Sequence record: MW749006.1
Strand: one strand, 5' to 3'
Length of the DNA: 64,000 bases
Shown here: piece after piece, positions 37,194 through 45,895 of the stretch
How positions within the stretch are numbered: the first letter of the stretch is position 1
Layout: each line of letters starts with the position of its first letter
Position numbers and translations under genes: made by a program
Notes under the pieces: model-generated
The model's input: the letters and a program-made list of their open reading frames with translations, nothing else
Told to the model about the DNA's origin: nothing
Database searches by the model: none

Positions 37194-39626
37194 TTACAAC
37201 TCAATTACTTCTACATCTCTAAAGTTAGCTAGAGTCTGGTCTACATGTGTGATCAAGAAGATCTGACTGTAGAAACTACCTGACATCAAACTAAAGATTA
37301 AGTTAAACAACTTAGCTCTATGGTTAGTGTCTAGTGTTAAACCAAACTCATCTAAGAACAAACAACTCCCTTCTAACCCTAACAACCTGTACATCACTAA
37401 CTTAAAACTAAGATTGATGATCTCCTTCATACCGTTAGATACTAAGTTGATATCGTCTATAGTCATCTTGTCTTCTACCTCTACCTTAAACTTATAGTTC
37501 AAAGCTTCACTCTCTATATCTAGAGGACGCAGTATCATCTTGTAATCCCAGATACCACGGATAGTGTTATTGATGTTGTTAATTATGTTGTTAAGGAAAC
37601 TACTCACTGACTTAGCAATAATACCGTTCTTAGGTGATAGTTCATCTAGAGTGATGTTAAGTACTTTAGAGTTCTCTTGGTAGTCTTCTATTAATTTCTT
37701 AGCTTGTTCTACGGAGTAAGAGATAGTCTTGTGGTGTGCTAACTCATTCTCAGTCTCTACTATGATTACCTTTGACTTTGTTAAGTCAGTGTCTATAGTC
37801 GCTATGATCGCGTCTACAACGTTTGAGAGGTTACTGGTAGTGACATTAGTCCTAGACGTTTCTATCTCAGTGTGGAGCTTATCAAGGTACGTGTGGAGAG
37901 TGTTAGCTCTTTGTATGTGAGAAAGATTAGCTAGTAAGTCTTTCTTCTTAGCTTGTAGCTCAAACGCTAAGCTACTTAGTGTATTAACTTCTTCTTCTAT
38001 ATTAGAGAGAGATGTATTACGTAATGTATTTAGAGTTTCTAGACCTTCGTGTATCTCTGATAGTCTAGTGTCTATTTCTGTTAATCTTCTAAGGTACTTA
38101 ACATCTAAAGCAGCTTGTGCTATGACTGTCATTATCTTAGGTGGATCTTCGTAGACGTAACCTAATGAATTTACTCTATTCCAAACTTCTTGAAGAGATT
38201 CTCTAGTAACAGAAACAAGACGACTAAACTGTCTGTGTTGGTTGAAGTACTCTTGTTGTTGCTCTTGAATAGCTTCTATCTCTTTAACTTTAGTCTGTGC
38301 TTTATGTTTGTCCCCTAGAACTGTCTGTAGCTTTGTTCTAGCATCTTTTAAGAGAGTAGGGATATCCTTGGGTGACCAAGTGTATTCACAGCTAGGACAG
38401 GTCGTGGTGTCGTTAGAGGAGGTGTAGTCTTCTATAGCTTTCTCTAAACGAATCTCTTCTTGAATAGCTTTGTTAAGAAGTTCGTTGTAGTGTCTTAGGT
38501 TGTTATCAGCCGCGTAAGCTGAATCTCTAGAATACTTAAGTATGTTGTCTACCGTTGGGTTAGGTTGCATCTCACTTAGTATCTCAGGTAGAGATGTTTC
38601 TAACTGATATATCTCATTAGAGTAGAGAGTTACCTTTGACTTGTCTTTAAGTAGGGTAAGAGAAGACTCTAGATTAGATTGCTCCATAGCTAGATGTGCT
38701 TCTTCTTGTAGTAGAGAATCTACGTCTACTGAAGCTAACAAGGATAAAGCTTTACGTTCCTTATCTTTTTCCTCTAGTGTAGTGTAGAGTTGATTGAGTT
38801 GAAAGTCTACTACGGATAGTTCTGAGTTATACTTAGTAGTGTACTTAGGTATATCACCACGAGGGAAAGATGTTCTTAGAAGATAGTACCTTTTGTTAAG
38901 GTCTTTTAACTTCATAGTTAAGTCTTTGTGTGTGTGGTAGAGATCTAACTGAGATCCATCTGACTTATGTTTGTAAAGGGTTGTTCTCATCTCTAGAAGT
39001 AAGTCACTGTAATCTTTAGTTCTTTGTAGTGTAGCGTTAAGAGTTTCAAGACGAGTAGTGTCTGAAAGTTTAGCTTCTTCACGTTGTAGTATAGACGCTT
39101 GAGACTTTAATAGTAACTCATTGTTCTTTAGCTCTTCTCGCAGCTTCTCGTACGCTTCTAAGACACTATCTATGTTAAGGTGAGTGATAGTATTGAATAA
39201 CTTCTTACGTGCAAGGAGCGACATACTAGTGAAGTTCTCTTTACCAACAAAGATGTCATGTACTACTTGAGAGATATTAAAGTGTTTAAGAACTAATGCT
39301 CTTTGTGTAGATACAATAGCTGCAGTGTTTAATTCTTCTCCATTCATAACGAATCTAAACTTAGCTGACTTCTCTGTGAAGTCTGAGATAAGAATATACT
39401 TGTCATGGTCTTTCTCTATATGTATCTCTTTGTATCCACCTTGATTGAAGTCGTTCTTATCTGAAGGTAGTGGAGTAAGTTCATTGAAGAGAGAAGACTT
39501 ACCAGATCCATTAGGACCTGAGATCATGGTTAATTTGTTTGTTGGGTTGAAGGTATGTTCAAAGGTGTTATCGTCTCTGAGTGGCATACGTTTAAAGTTA
39601 ACTAGTTGTATGTAAGTGATGAACAT
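37194..39626 (-). CDS. sbcC: SbcC/Rad50-like SMC ATPase (phiKZ gp165-like)
   Basis: ISGPNGSGKSS Walker A, coiled coil, CPSC zinc hook, VSNGMKE signature, FLDEFG Walker B, ITH. Confidence 0.9.
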   Translation of the reverse strand: MFITYIQLVNFKRMPLRDDNTFEHTFNPTNKLTMISGPNGSGKSSLFNELTPLPSDKNDFNQGGYKEIHIEKDHDKYILISDFTEKSAKFRFVMNGEELNTAAIVSTQRALVLKHFNISQVVHDIFVGKENFTSMSLLARKKLFNTITHLNIDSVLEAYEKLREELKNNELLLKSQASILQREEAKLSDTTRLETLNATLQRTKDYSDLLLEMRTTLYKHKSDGSQLDLYHTHKDLTMKLKDLNKRYYLLRTSFPRGDIPKYTTKYNSELSVVDFQLNQLYTTLEEKDKERKALSLLASVDVDSLLQEEAHLAMEQSNLESSLTLLKDKSKVTLYSNEIYQLETSLPEILSEMQPNPTVDNILKYSRDSAYAADNNLRHYNELLNKAIQEEIRLEKAIEDYTSSNDTTTCPSCEYTWSPKDIPTLLKDARTKLQTVLGDKHKAQTKVKEIEAIQEQQQEYFNQHRQFSRLVSVTRESLQEVWNRVNSLGYVYEDPPKIMTVIAQAALDVKYLRRLTEIDTRLSEIHEGLETLNTLRNTSLSNIEEEVNTLSSLAFELQAKKKDLLANLSHIQRANTLHTYLDKLHTEIETSRTNVTTSNLSNVVDAIIATIDTDLTKSKVIIVETENELAHHKTISYSVEQAKKLIEDYQENSKVLNITLDELSPKNGIIAKSVSSFLNNIINNINNTIRGIWDYKMILRPLDIESEALNYKFKVEVEDKMTIDDINLVSNGMKEIINLSFKLVMYRLLGLEGSCLFLDEFGLTLDTNHRAKLFNLIFSLMSGSFYSQIFLITHVDQTLANFRDVEVIEL

Positions 39627-39701
39627 GTCTATAGTCCTTATCTGATCATTGGATGTTTCCTTTAGTTCTTTTTGAATAGAAGAATAGGGAAGTTATTTAG
39701 C

Positions 39702-39715
39702 TACATATATAATAG
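39702..39715 (+). promoter_or_regulatory. Promoter motif copy 8 (tacatatataatag)
   Basis: In the divergent intergenic region upstream of the XRE gene. Confidence 0.6.
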
Positions 39716-39903
39716 ATAGAAGTTAATAGTGAGTAATAAAAAACTCACAGTAATATTTGTTGGTCTTCTCTTTCTTATCTAAGGAAGGGAAACCTAAGGA
39801 AGGGAAGGTTTAAAGACATAGATATAGAGAGAGAGTATAGAGGAATAGTAAGTGTAGAGAGATATACTCTCTATAGTCATTAACCTAGTGAGTGTTACTT
39901 GTT

Positions 39904-40257
39904 ATGAGTTTAAGTGAACGTTTAAAGGAGTTAAGAGAGAATAAGAAAGTATCACTACAAACAGTAGCTGATAGTGTTGGTGTAACTAAACCCCATATAT
40001 GGGAGTTAGAGAAAGGTACATCTAAGAATCCTAGCATTAGTTTAATAGTTAGCTTATGTGTTTACTATAATGTTACTGTAGACTATCTACTTGGAGTTAG
40101 TGTTGATAGTTCTAATCCTTTAACGTTGTACTTCGAAAGGACACTAAAGAAGTCTGGTATTCGTGAGTTAAGTGTTGATGATATGGATGTTTTGACACTG
40201 GCTATTGATATGGCGATAGCTCTCATAAAACAACGGAAAGAAAGTAATAAGGACTAG
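39904..40257 (+). CDS. XRE-family (HTH_3) transcriptional regulator
   Basis: LSERLKELRENKKVSLQTVADSVGVTKPHIWELEKG...PS...YYNVTVDYL. Confidence 0.9.
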   Translation: MSLSERLKELRENKKVSLQTVADSVGVTKPHIWELEKGTSKNPSISLIVSLCVYYNVTVDYLLGVSVDSSNPLTLYFERTLKKSGIRELSVDDMDVLTLAIDMAIALIKQRKESNKD

Positions 40258-40260
40258 GTT

Positions 40261-40608
40261 ATGTCAGTACGCATTAATTTTGATCTAGCAGTAGAAGGTA
40301 AGACTGAGTGGTCTTACAATAAGGTATTACCGACAGAGAATAGTCTTGTTATACAGAGTTATGCTGAGCGGGTTATCAAGGATATAGTGGATGGTATTCG
40401 TGTAAGAGTATTTCGTTTGAACGAATTAGGTTGGGATTCTTCTTACACTACGGAGTATGAGAGTTCTTTACGTAACTTGTTAAGTGGAGTGTTTAGAGTT
40501 AGTTGTATAGCCCAGGATACTATTCACAAACAATATCCTTGTAAAGACAGCATTATGTTAGCTACAATTATTACTCCTTGTGTTACTGGTGTAAAGAGTT
40601 TAGTATAA
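40261..40608 (+). CDS. Hypothetical protein
   Basis: 115-aa ORF. Confidence 0.6.
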   Translation: MSVRINFDLAVEGKTEWSYNKVLPTENSLVIQSYAERVIKDIVDGIRVRVFRLNELGWDSSYTTEYESSLRNLLSGVFRVSCIAQDTIHKQYPCKDSIMLATIITPCVTGVKSLV

Positions 40609-40689
40609 ACTATTGAGAAGGGGTGGCTTAGGCTGCTCCTTCTTATTATTATTTTATTGTGAATGAGATGATTATTTAAGGGGAAGATT

Positions 40690-41598
40690 ATGAGTTTAGT
40701 TAAGAACGAAGACGGTAGTTATACTGTTAATGCTACTAAGTTAGATGTTAAGAATGAAAGTAATCAGATTTGGAAGAGTCAGCTTGTAAAGGCTATTTTG
40801 GATAATGCTGATAGTTCATTTAGAACTAAGTTGAAAGAAGGTGGTGTGTATTCTAACTGGGGATCACCCACACCTTCTAAAGACATGTCTATTGAGGAAA
40901 GTTTTGAGTTCTATACACAAACAAATACTGAAGATACATGTGCTATCGTTGTAGATTGCAACTTGGAGGAAGATAACGTAGTACAAGTACGTTTCCGTCC
41001 TTTCGGTCCAAAGGGACATCTACTACAGTCTTTAATAGAGGGAGGAATTAAACCAACTTTCGGCATACGAAGTATTGGTGAGGTTAATTACGACGAAACA
41101 CACACACAGATCGTTTCGGTTAAAGAGATAATTACTTTAGATGTAGTTACTAAGGGTCTTAAGGACCTAACATCAAAACTTTTCTTTCCGGAACTTCAGA
41201 CAGTTTACAATGACCCTGATGTGGTGTTGGTTGACTTAGATAACATTGCTGCTAAATATTCCGTTAAAGGTGAAGAATTAGAACGCATACCTTTAGAAGA
41301 AGTCTTAACTACCACACGCGAAACAGTTGTGTCTCCCGATAATTTTAAACATGTCAGTGGTGATATCTACATAGTTAGAACTCAAGCGGGTTTAAAGAAT
41401 GCACTTAAACAGTACGTTAACCAACACAACACTGAAGACCTTAGAGAAGCACGATACTATCTAGTAGGTTATCCTAAGTCGTATCCTTCTGTAGTTTCAT
41501 TCTCTACAGAGTACCAAGGATATCACTATGTAAAGGTTAACTGTGTGCATGTTAATAAATTAACAAAAGCTATTACTGAATCGGAGAATAAAATATGA
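40690..41598 (+). CDS. Second prohead-protease-fold paralog fused to an unknown C-terminal domain
   Basis: GGVYSNWGSP (cf. GALYAEVGHP), FRPFGPKG, PTFGIRSIG, IITLDVV. Confidence 0.5.
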   Translation: MSLVKNEDGSYTVNATKLDVKNESNQIWKSQLVKAILDNADSSFRTKLKEGGVYSNWGSPTPSKDMSIEESFEFYTQTNTEDTCAIVVDCNLEEDNVVQVRFRPFGPKGHLLQSLIEGGIKPTFGIRSIGEVNYDETHTQIVSVKEIITLDVVTKGLKDLTSKLFFPELQTVYNDPDVVLVDLDNIAAKYSVKGEELERIPLEEVLTTTRETVVSPDNFKHVSGDIYIVRTQAGLKNALKQYVNQHNTEDLREARYYLVGYPKSYPSVVSFSTEYQGYHYVKVNCVHVNKLTKAITESENKI

Positions 41599-42242
41599 TC
41601 ATGTCAGATAAGTGGTTGATTAAGAATCTACATAAACTAATGACTGGAGGTAGCAGAGGCGCTGTACGGTACGTTGACCGTGAGACAGGTATTCCTTTAG
41701 CTAACAACTTTCAAATGGGTAGAGAGCTTCCTGGGGACGCTAGACGAGTTGTTTCGTATGGTGTTAGTAGTTATGGTTACGATGTTCGTTTAGATAACAA
41801 TGTTAATCACATCCGTATCTTTAGTAACGTCAAGGTTACAGAGATTAATCCTAAGAAGATGAGTGAAGATAACTTCTATCAACCGACTGTTTTAGTAGAT
41901 GAAGATGGTGGTGAGTACGTGTTGATTCCACCTCACTCCTATCTACAAGCTCCTACGGTTGAGTACTTTGATATACCTAGAGATATCATGGTGGTTGTGT
42001 TGGGTAAGAGCACATATGCTCGTAGTGGGGTTGTGTGTAACGTTACTCCTATTGAACCAGGATTTCAAGGTAACGTAGTTATTGAGTTAGCTAACGTTAC
42101 TAGCTCTCATGTTCGTTGTTACTTGAATGAAGGAGTAGCTCAGTTTCTATTCTTCCAAGGGAATGAACCTTGTGGTTTAAGCTACGCTGACAAAGGTGGT
42201 AAGTATCAAGGTCAGACGGGTATGACTATGGCTAAGGTATAG
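41595..42242 (+). CDS. dcd: dCTP deaminase
   Basis: SYGVSSYGYDVRL, GKSTYARSG, VTPIEPGFQG, EGVAQFLF, GKYQGQ. Confidence 0.93.
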   Translation: MIMSDKWLIKNLHKLMTGGSRGAVRYVDRETGIPLANNFQMGRELPGDARRVVSYGVSSYGYDVRLDNNVNHIRIFSNVKVTEINPKKMSEDNFYQPTVLVDEDGGEYVLIPPHSYLQAPTVEYFDIPRDIMVVVLGKSTYARSGVVCNVTPIEPGFQGNVVIELANVTSSHVRCYLNEGVAQFLFFQGNEPCGLSYADKGGKYQGQTGMTMAKV

Positions 42243-42262
42243 TTTTGGAGATAGTTACAAGT

Positions 42263-42334
42263 ACATATATAGTACATAGACTACTGAGCTATTCATTTAG
42301 CTTAGTAGTAAACTAACACACTTTAAAGAAGGTA
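42263..42334 (+). promoter_or_regulatory. Promoter motif copy 9 + leader stem-loop + RBS module (paired with 11464-11536)
   Basis: acatatatagtacatagactactgagctattcatttagcttagtag...aaggta. Confidence 0.75.
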
Positions 42335-42341
42335 TTACAAT

Positions 42342-42530
42342 ATGACTACTGTAGAAGAAAACTCCGAGTTAAGTAAAATCTTGCAAGAAAACTTAAAGGA
42401 AAGAGAACAGTTTAAGAAAGAAGGTAAACTTCGATCTAAAGAAGAACTAGATTCTTTACAGAAACAACAATTTCTAAACGTTAATAAGAACTTCGGTTCA
42501 ATGGGTAACTTTGTAAAGAATAAGGAATAG
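42342..42530 (+). CDS. Small hypothetical protein
   Basis: 62-aa ORF directly after the promoter module. Confidence 0.6.
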   Translation: MTTVEENSELSKILQENLKEREQFKKEGKLRSKEELDSLQKQQFLNVNKNFGSMGNFVKNKE

Positions 42531-42533
42531 CGT

Positions 42534-43106
42534 ATGTCTGAATACAAAGTAATCTTCAGTAATCCTAATCTATTAATCTATGTTGATTTAAACGAACAAG
42601 ATCAACGTAGTCTATATGTTAAAGAAGCTATAACTAATGTAGGTTTTAATTCTAGATTTCCTCACGGACTAACTGTTTATTTGAATCACTCTCGTAACAA
42701 GTTAATCTTCCAGTTCACAGGACCCGGTAAGAAACGTACTCTTTGTACTTTAAACATGTCTACAGTTGAAGGAGCTGCGTCTGTTCTTGAAACATATCGT
42801 AGATTCCTTAAGAGAGTATACGATAGAACTACTCAGTTGTATGATCTTAGTTTGTCTCAAGGTTGTGGTGCTATCTTATATAAACGGAAATTACCATTTG
42901 TGTATGATACTACTGTAGGGGATAAGGTACACTTCTACAATCCCTTTACTAAGAAGACTGCTTATTTAGCTAAGACAGACGACCCAGCTCTTAAACGAAA
43001 ACAACGTAAGGTTTCCAAAGAGATCTTACTGGAGATGAGAACATATAGAGTCTCACACAGAGACGTGTTAGGTTCTATAGTGTATAAAGGATTACGTAAA
43101 AGGTAA
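42534..43106 (+). CDS. Hypothetical protein, tandem paralog A
   Basis: Shares FSN.NL.IY, GF..RFP.GL, FQ[FY]TGP.KKRT and DRTT.L[YF]DL with the next gene. Confidence 0.75.
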   Translation: MSEYKVIFSNPNLLIYVDLNEQDQRSLYVKEAITNVGFNSRFPHGLTVYLNHSRNKLIFQFTGPGKKRTLCTLNMSTVEGAASVLETYRRFLKRVYDRTTQLYDLSLSQGCGAILYKRKLPFVYDTTVGDKVHFYNPFTKKTAYLAKTDDPALKRKQRKVSKEILLEMRTYRVSHRDVLGSIVYKGLRKR

Positions 43107-43112
43107 AGTCCG

Positions 43113-43703
43113 ATGAAGTCATATGTCGCTGTTAAGGAACAGAGTAGAGTAGATGTCTTTAGCAATGATAATTTAGATATTTACTTAACTTTAGATGCAA
43201 AAGAACAACGTAGGTTAGTAGTTATTAGTCCAGACACTGGAAAGGGTTTCTCTGTTAGGTTCCCTAAAGGGTTAGTTATCTACTACGGTGTAGTTGATTC
43301 TAAACTTAAGTTCCAATACACAGGACCTAATAAGAAAAGAACTATAAACTCTACGGTTATATATAAAGTTGACTCACCAGACGTTGTTCTTGATATGTAT
43401 AAGAACCACTTAGAGAAAGTATTTGATAGAACTACTAGACTGTTTGATCTAAACATCACTCAGTCCTACGGTTCTTTAATCTACGGTGTTAACGGTAATA
43501 GAGCTTTCATTCATCCAAGGTCTAAAGAGAACAAGGTAGACTACTATGATCCTGTTCTCAAAAAGAGTTCCTACTTGACAACTAAAGACAATCCACATAG
43601 GGTTGACATAGAGTTGAAGAAATCCAAAGAGATGAAAGATAAACTAGCTGGGTATATAGTAACTCATAAACAAATTATAAGTTCTATTAAAAGGATTCGA
43701 TAA
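43113..43703 (+). CDS. Hypothetical protein, tandem paralog B
   Basis: See paralog A. Confidence 0.75.
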   Translation: MKSYVAVKEQSRVDVFSNDNLDIYLTLDAKEQRRLVVISPDTGKGFSVRFPKGLVIYYGVVDSKLKFQYTGPNKKRTINSTVIYKVDSPDVVLDMYKNHLEKVFDRTTRLFDLNITQSYGSLIYGVNGNRAFIHPRSKENKVDYYDPVLKKSSYLTTKDNPHRVDIELKKSKEMKDKLAGYIVTHKQIISSIKRIR

Positions 43704-44012
43704 ATGAGTATGAGAGTAGTTACACTTACTATCACAGTAGACAATCTCGGAACATTAACTGTTCTTAGATATTTACCAGTGACGAAAGGAGGTAAGATCT
43801 TTCTTGCCTCTATTAAGTCTATGGATCTCGCTATGAGAACTGAAGTACCTAAATGTAAGAAACTAAAGTCGTTAGATAAAAATGACTTAATGGTATACAT
43901 TAAAGACTGTGTAGCTACAATGATTAACTACGACAGTTATATGGAAAACATTAACTTAGATCGTACTCTTAATGTTAGTGTTAAGTGTACTTTTACTATT
44001 AGGAAGTTTTAG
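43704..44012 (+). CDS. Hypothetical protein
   Basis: 102-aa ORF. Confidence 0.6.
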   Translation: MSMRVVTLTITVDNLGTLTVLRYLPVTKGGKIFLASIKSMDLAMRTEVPKCKKLKSLDKNDLMVYIKDCVATMINYDSYMENINLDRTLNVSVKCTFTIRKF

Positions 44013-44013
44013 C

Positions 44014-44340
44014 ATGAACGCGGATTTATTTATACACGCAACTATCACTGATAACGAAAAACGTGTGTTGTTCTATAGAAGTTTACCGGTCTTCTATCAA
44101 AGTGGAGATAAGACATTAAACGAATCTATAGTTAGAGAAGTTCTTAATAAACTTAAGTCAGAACACCATATGTGGGCTGTGAGTACTGGAATATATTCTA
44201 GTCCGGAAGCAGGTTTTATCGGTGACAAATTCAACCAGTTCTTAGATTTAATTAAACCTCACCTTTATAACCCTACCGGTATAGAGTCTTCAGAACTCAT
44301 TGAGTCTGATAGATACTTTCGTATTTGGGTTACAACTTAA
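44014..44340 (+). CDS. Hypothetical protein
   Basis: ATG 44014 after AGGA RBS. Confidence 0.6.
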   Translation: MNADLFIHATITDNEKRVLFYRSLPVFYQSGDKTLNESIVREVLNKLKSEHHMWAVSTGIYSSPEAGFIGDKFNQFLDLIKPHLYNPTGIESSELIESDRYFRIWVTT

Positions 44341-44355
44341 TTTGGGAGTGGTAAC

Positions 44356-44649
44356 ATGAAACGTTATGTAGTTTGGAATCAAGCTAAGACTATGGGGTTG
44401 TTTACAACTGATAAAGAATTAGCTCTTAGAGTTTCTAGTAACGCTTTTACTGGATGTTACGGTAAAGACGGTAGAGTAATAGACATAGCTACTTCTTTTA
44501 GTGCTGAGTGGTGTAAAGTTAAAGGGCAGTGCACTATGGAAAAGGTAGATCGTAAATTCCCTTGGCCAGTTGGAGTTGAGCACTTTACATTAGAATTTGA
44601 TCAAGGCGAACCTGTCTGGTTAACCCTTAAACTACACGGAGACATTTAA
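44356..44649 (+). CDS. Hypothetical protein
   Basis: 97-aa ORF with GGGAG RBS. Confidence 0.6.
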   Translation: MKRYVVWNQAKTMGLFTTDKELALRVSSNAFTGCYGKDGRVIDIATSFSAEWCKVKGQCTMEKVDRKFPWPVGVEHFTLEFDQGEPVWLTLKLHGDI

Positions 44650-44651
44650 AC

Positions 44652-44981
44652 GTGAATATTGATTACAATGTAGAGTTTGAAATCATGAAAGAAAACCACT
44701 CCATCTTTTCCCGTAAGGACTTGATGGAAGCTTGTGACTTCACAGGTAAACCTAACGTCGGTTACTTGAAAGAACATTTGAACGAAACATATAACCAGCT
44801 AGACAACTCCAGTGTGAGAGATCACTACAACTTATGGTTGGATAAAGAAGTCTTAGATTTCTTTGAGCGCTTCTGTAATCAACTACAGGAATGTAAAGCT
44901 CCTTTAACTAGAATGTCTAGAGTAGAGACTACTAAGAACGGAGTCAAGTTTAAACTATCTATACAACAAACAGGCACTTAG
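44652..44981 (+). CDS. Hypothetical protein
   Basis: 109-aa ORF. Confidence 0.6.
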   Translation: MNIDYNVEFEIMKENHSIFSRKDLMEACDFTGKPNVGYLKEHLNETYNQLDNSSVRDHYNLWLDKEVLDFFERFCNQLQECKAPLTRMSRVETTKNGVKFKLSIQQTGT

Positions 44982-44982
44982 A

Positions 44983-45120
44983 ATGTCTATTAGAAAACTA
45001 ACTATTTTTGCTGTGGTTTGGAAAGACTTACCTTATGTACGCTTTTCATGGACATCTGCCTCTTTCCCGGGTAACCCTGATGAAAGAAGAAGCAGAGTTG
45101 GTTCATTAAAGAATTCCTAA
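44983..45120 (+). CDS. Small ORF (45 aa), possibly a gene remnant
   Basis: ATG 44983 to TAA 45120 fills the gap between ORFs. Confidence 0.35.
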   Translation: MSIRKLTIFAVVWKDLPYVRFSWTSASFPGNPDERRSRVGSLKNS

Positions 45121-45163
45121 CGAAGTAAACACTATTCCTAAATTGAAGAAGAAGGTAAACAAC

Positions 45164-45541
45164 ATGACACACTTTGTATTAGAGTTAGAAGTTATCCTCA
45201 CACAACAACCCGTATTTAAGATGTCACTACCCGTACTTGCGACTACAGATGACTACGAACAGAAACGTAACTTTCGTCGTGCGTTAGATAACTGTAAAGA
45301 CGGTTACGTTGATTGGAGTAATTCCCAAGAAGAATCTAAAGGTGGGTTTGGGGATTTTGCAACTTTTGGTTTAAGAAAGAATAGACTCGAATACCTTTTA
45401 GGTGAGTTTGGTTTAGTGGAAGAGTTCATTAACTACGTTGAAAATTTAATTGAAGAGAATATAAATCTACCAAGTGGTATTACTTATGGTAAGTTTATTG
45501 GTCCAGATCTATTCTACCAAGTTAGTGTAAAGGAGATATAG
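45164..45541 (+). CDS. Hypothetical protein
   Basis: ATG 45164 with AAGGT RBS. Confidence 0.6.
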   Translation: MTHFVLELEVILTQQPVFKMSLPVLATTDDYEQKRNFRRALDNCKDGYVDWSNSQEESKGGFGDFATFGLRKNRLEYLLGEFGLVEEFINYVENLIEENINLPSGITYGKFIGPDLFYQVSVKEI

Positions 45542-45543
45542 TA

Positions 45544-45882
45544 GTGGAAGACTATTACAGAATTAATCTAGAAGTTAACAACAAAGAAAACAAAAAACTC
45601 TTCGTTGAGTCCTGTGAATTTACACAGAACACTTCTACACTCACTATAGATAATTTATCTGGTTTACTGGAATCACTACGCTTCCTTAAAGATAAATTTA
45701 AACTGTGGATGAAAGAAGATACTGATAGTAACTGTGACGAGTTCACTATCGACAAGTTTCTTGATCCGGTTATTAAGACACTATACTTCGATGGTTGTAA
45801 TAAACCAAACGAATTACATGTGATGCAAAGGGTAAGTGTTGATTTATATGTACACATCTACATAGATAAATTAATCAAATAG
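45544..45882 (+). CDS. Hypothetical protein
   Basis: 112-aa ORF. Confidence 0.6.
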   Translation: MEDYYRINLEVNNKENKKLFVESCEFTQNTSTLTIDNLSGLLESLRFLKDKFKLWMKEDTDSNCDEFTIDKFLDPVIKTLYFDGCNKPNELHVMQRVSVDLYVHIYIDKLIK

Positions 45883-45895
45883 GAAGGTATTAGAT

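Noticed and set aside
39904-40257. XRE gene as evidence of a temperate lifestyle/prophage
   Set aside because: No integrase, att site or divergent cro arrangement; the surrounding genes are those of lytic phiKZ-like phages
44983-45163. Programmed frameshift joining the 45-aa ORF to 45164-45541
   Set aside because: The downstream gene has its own RBS and ATG, and there is no convincing slippery site
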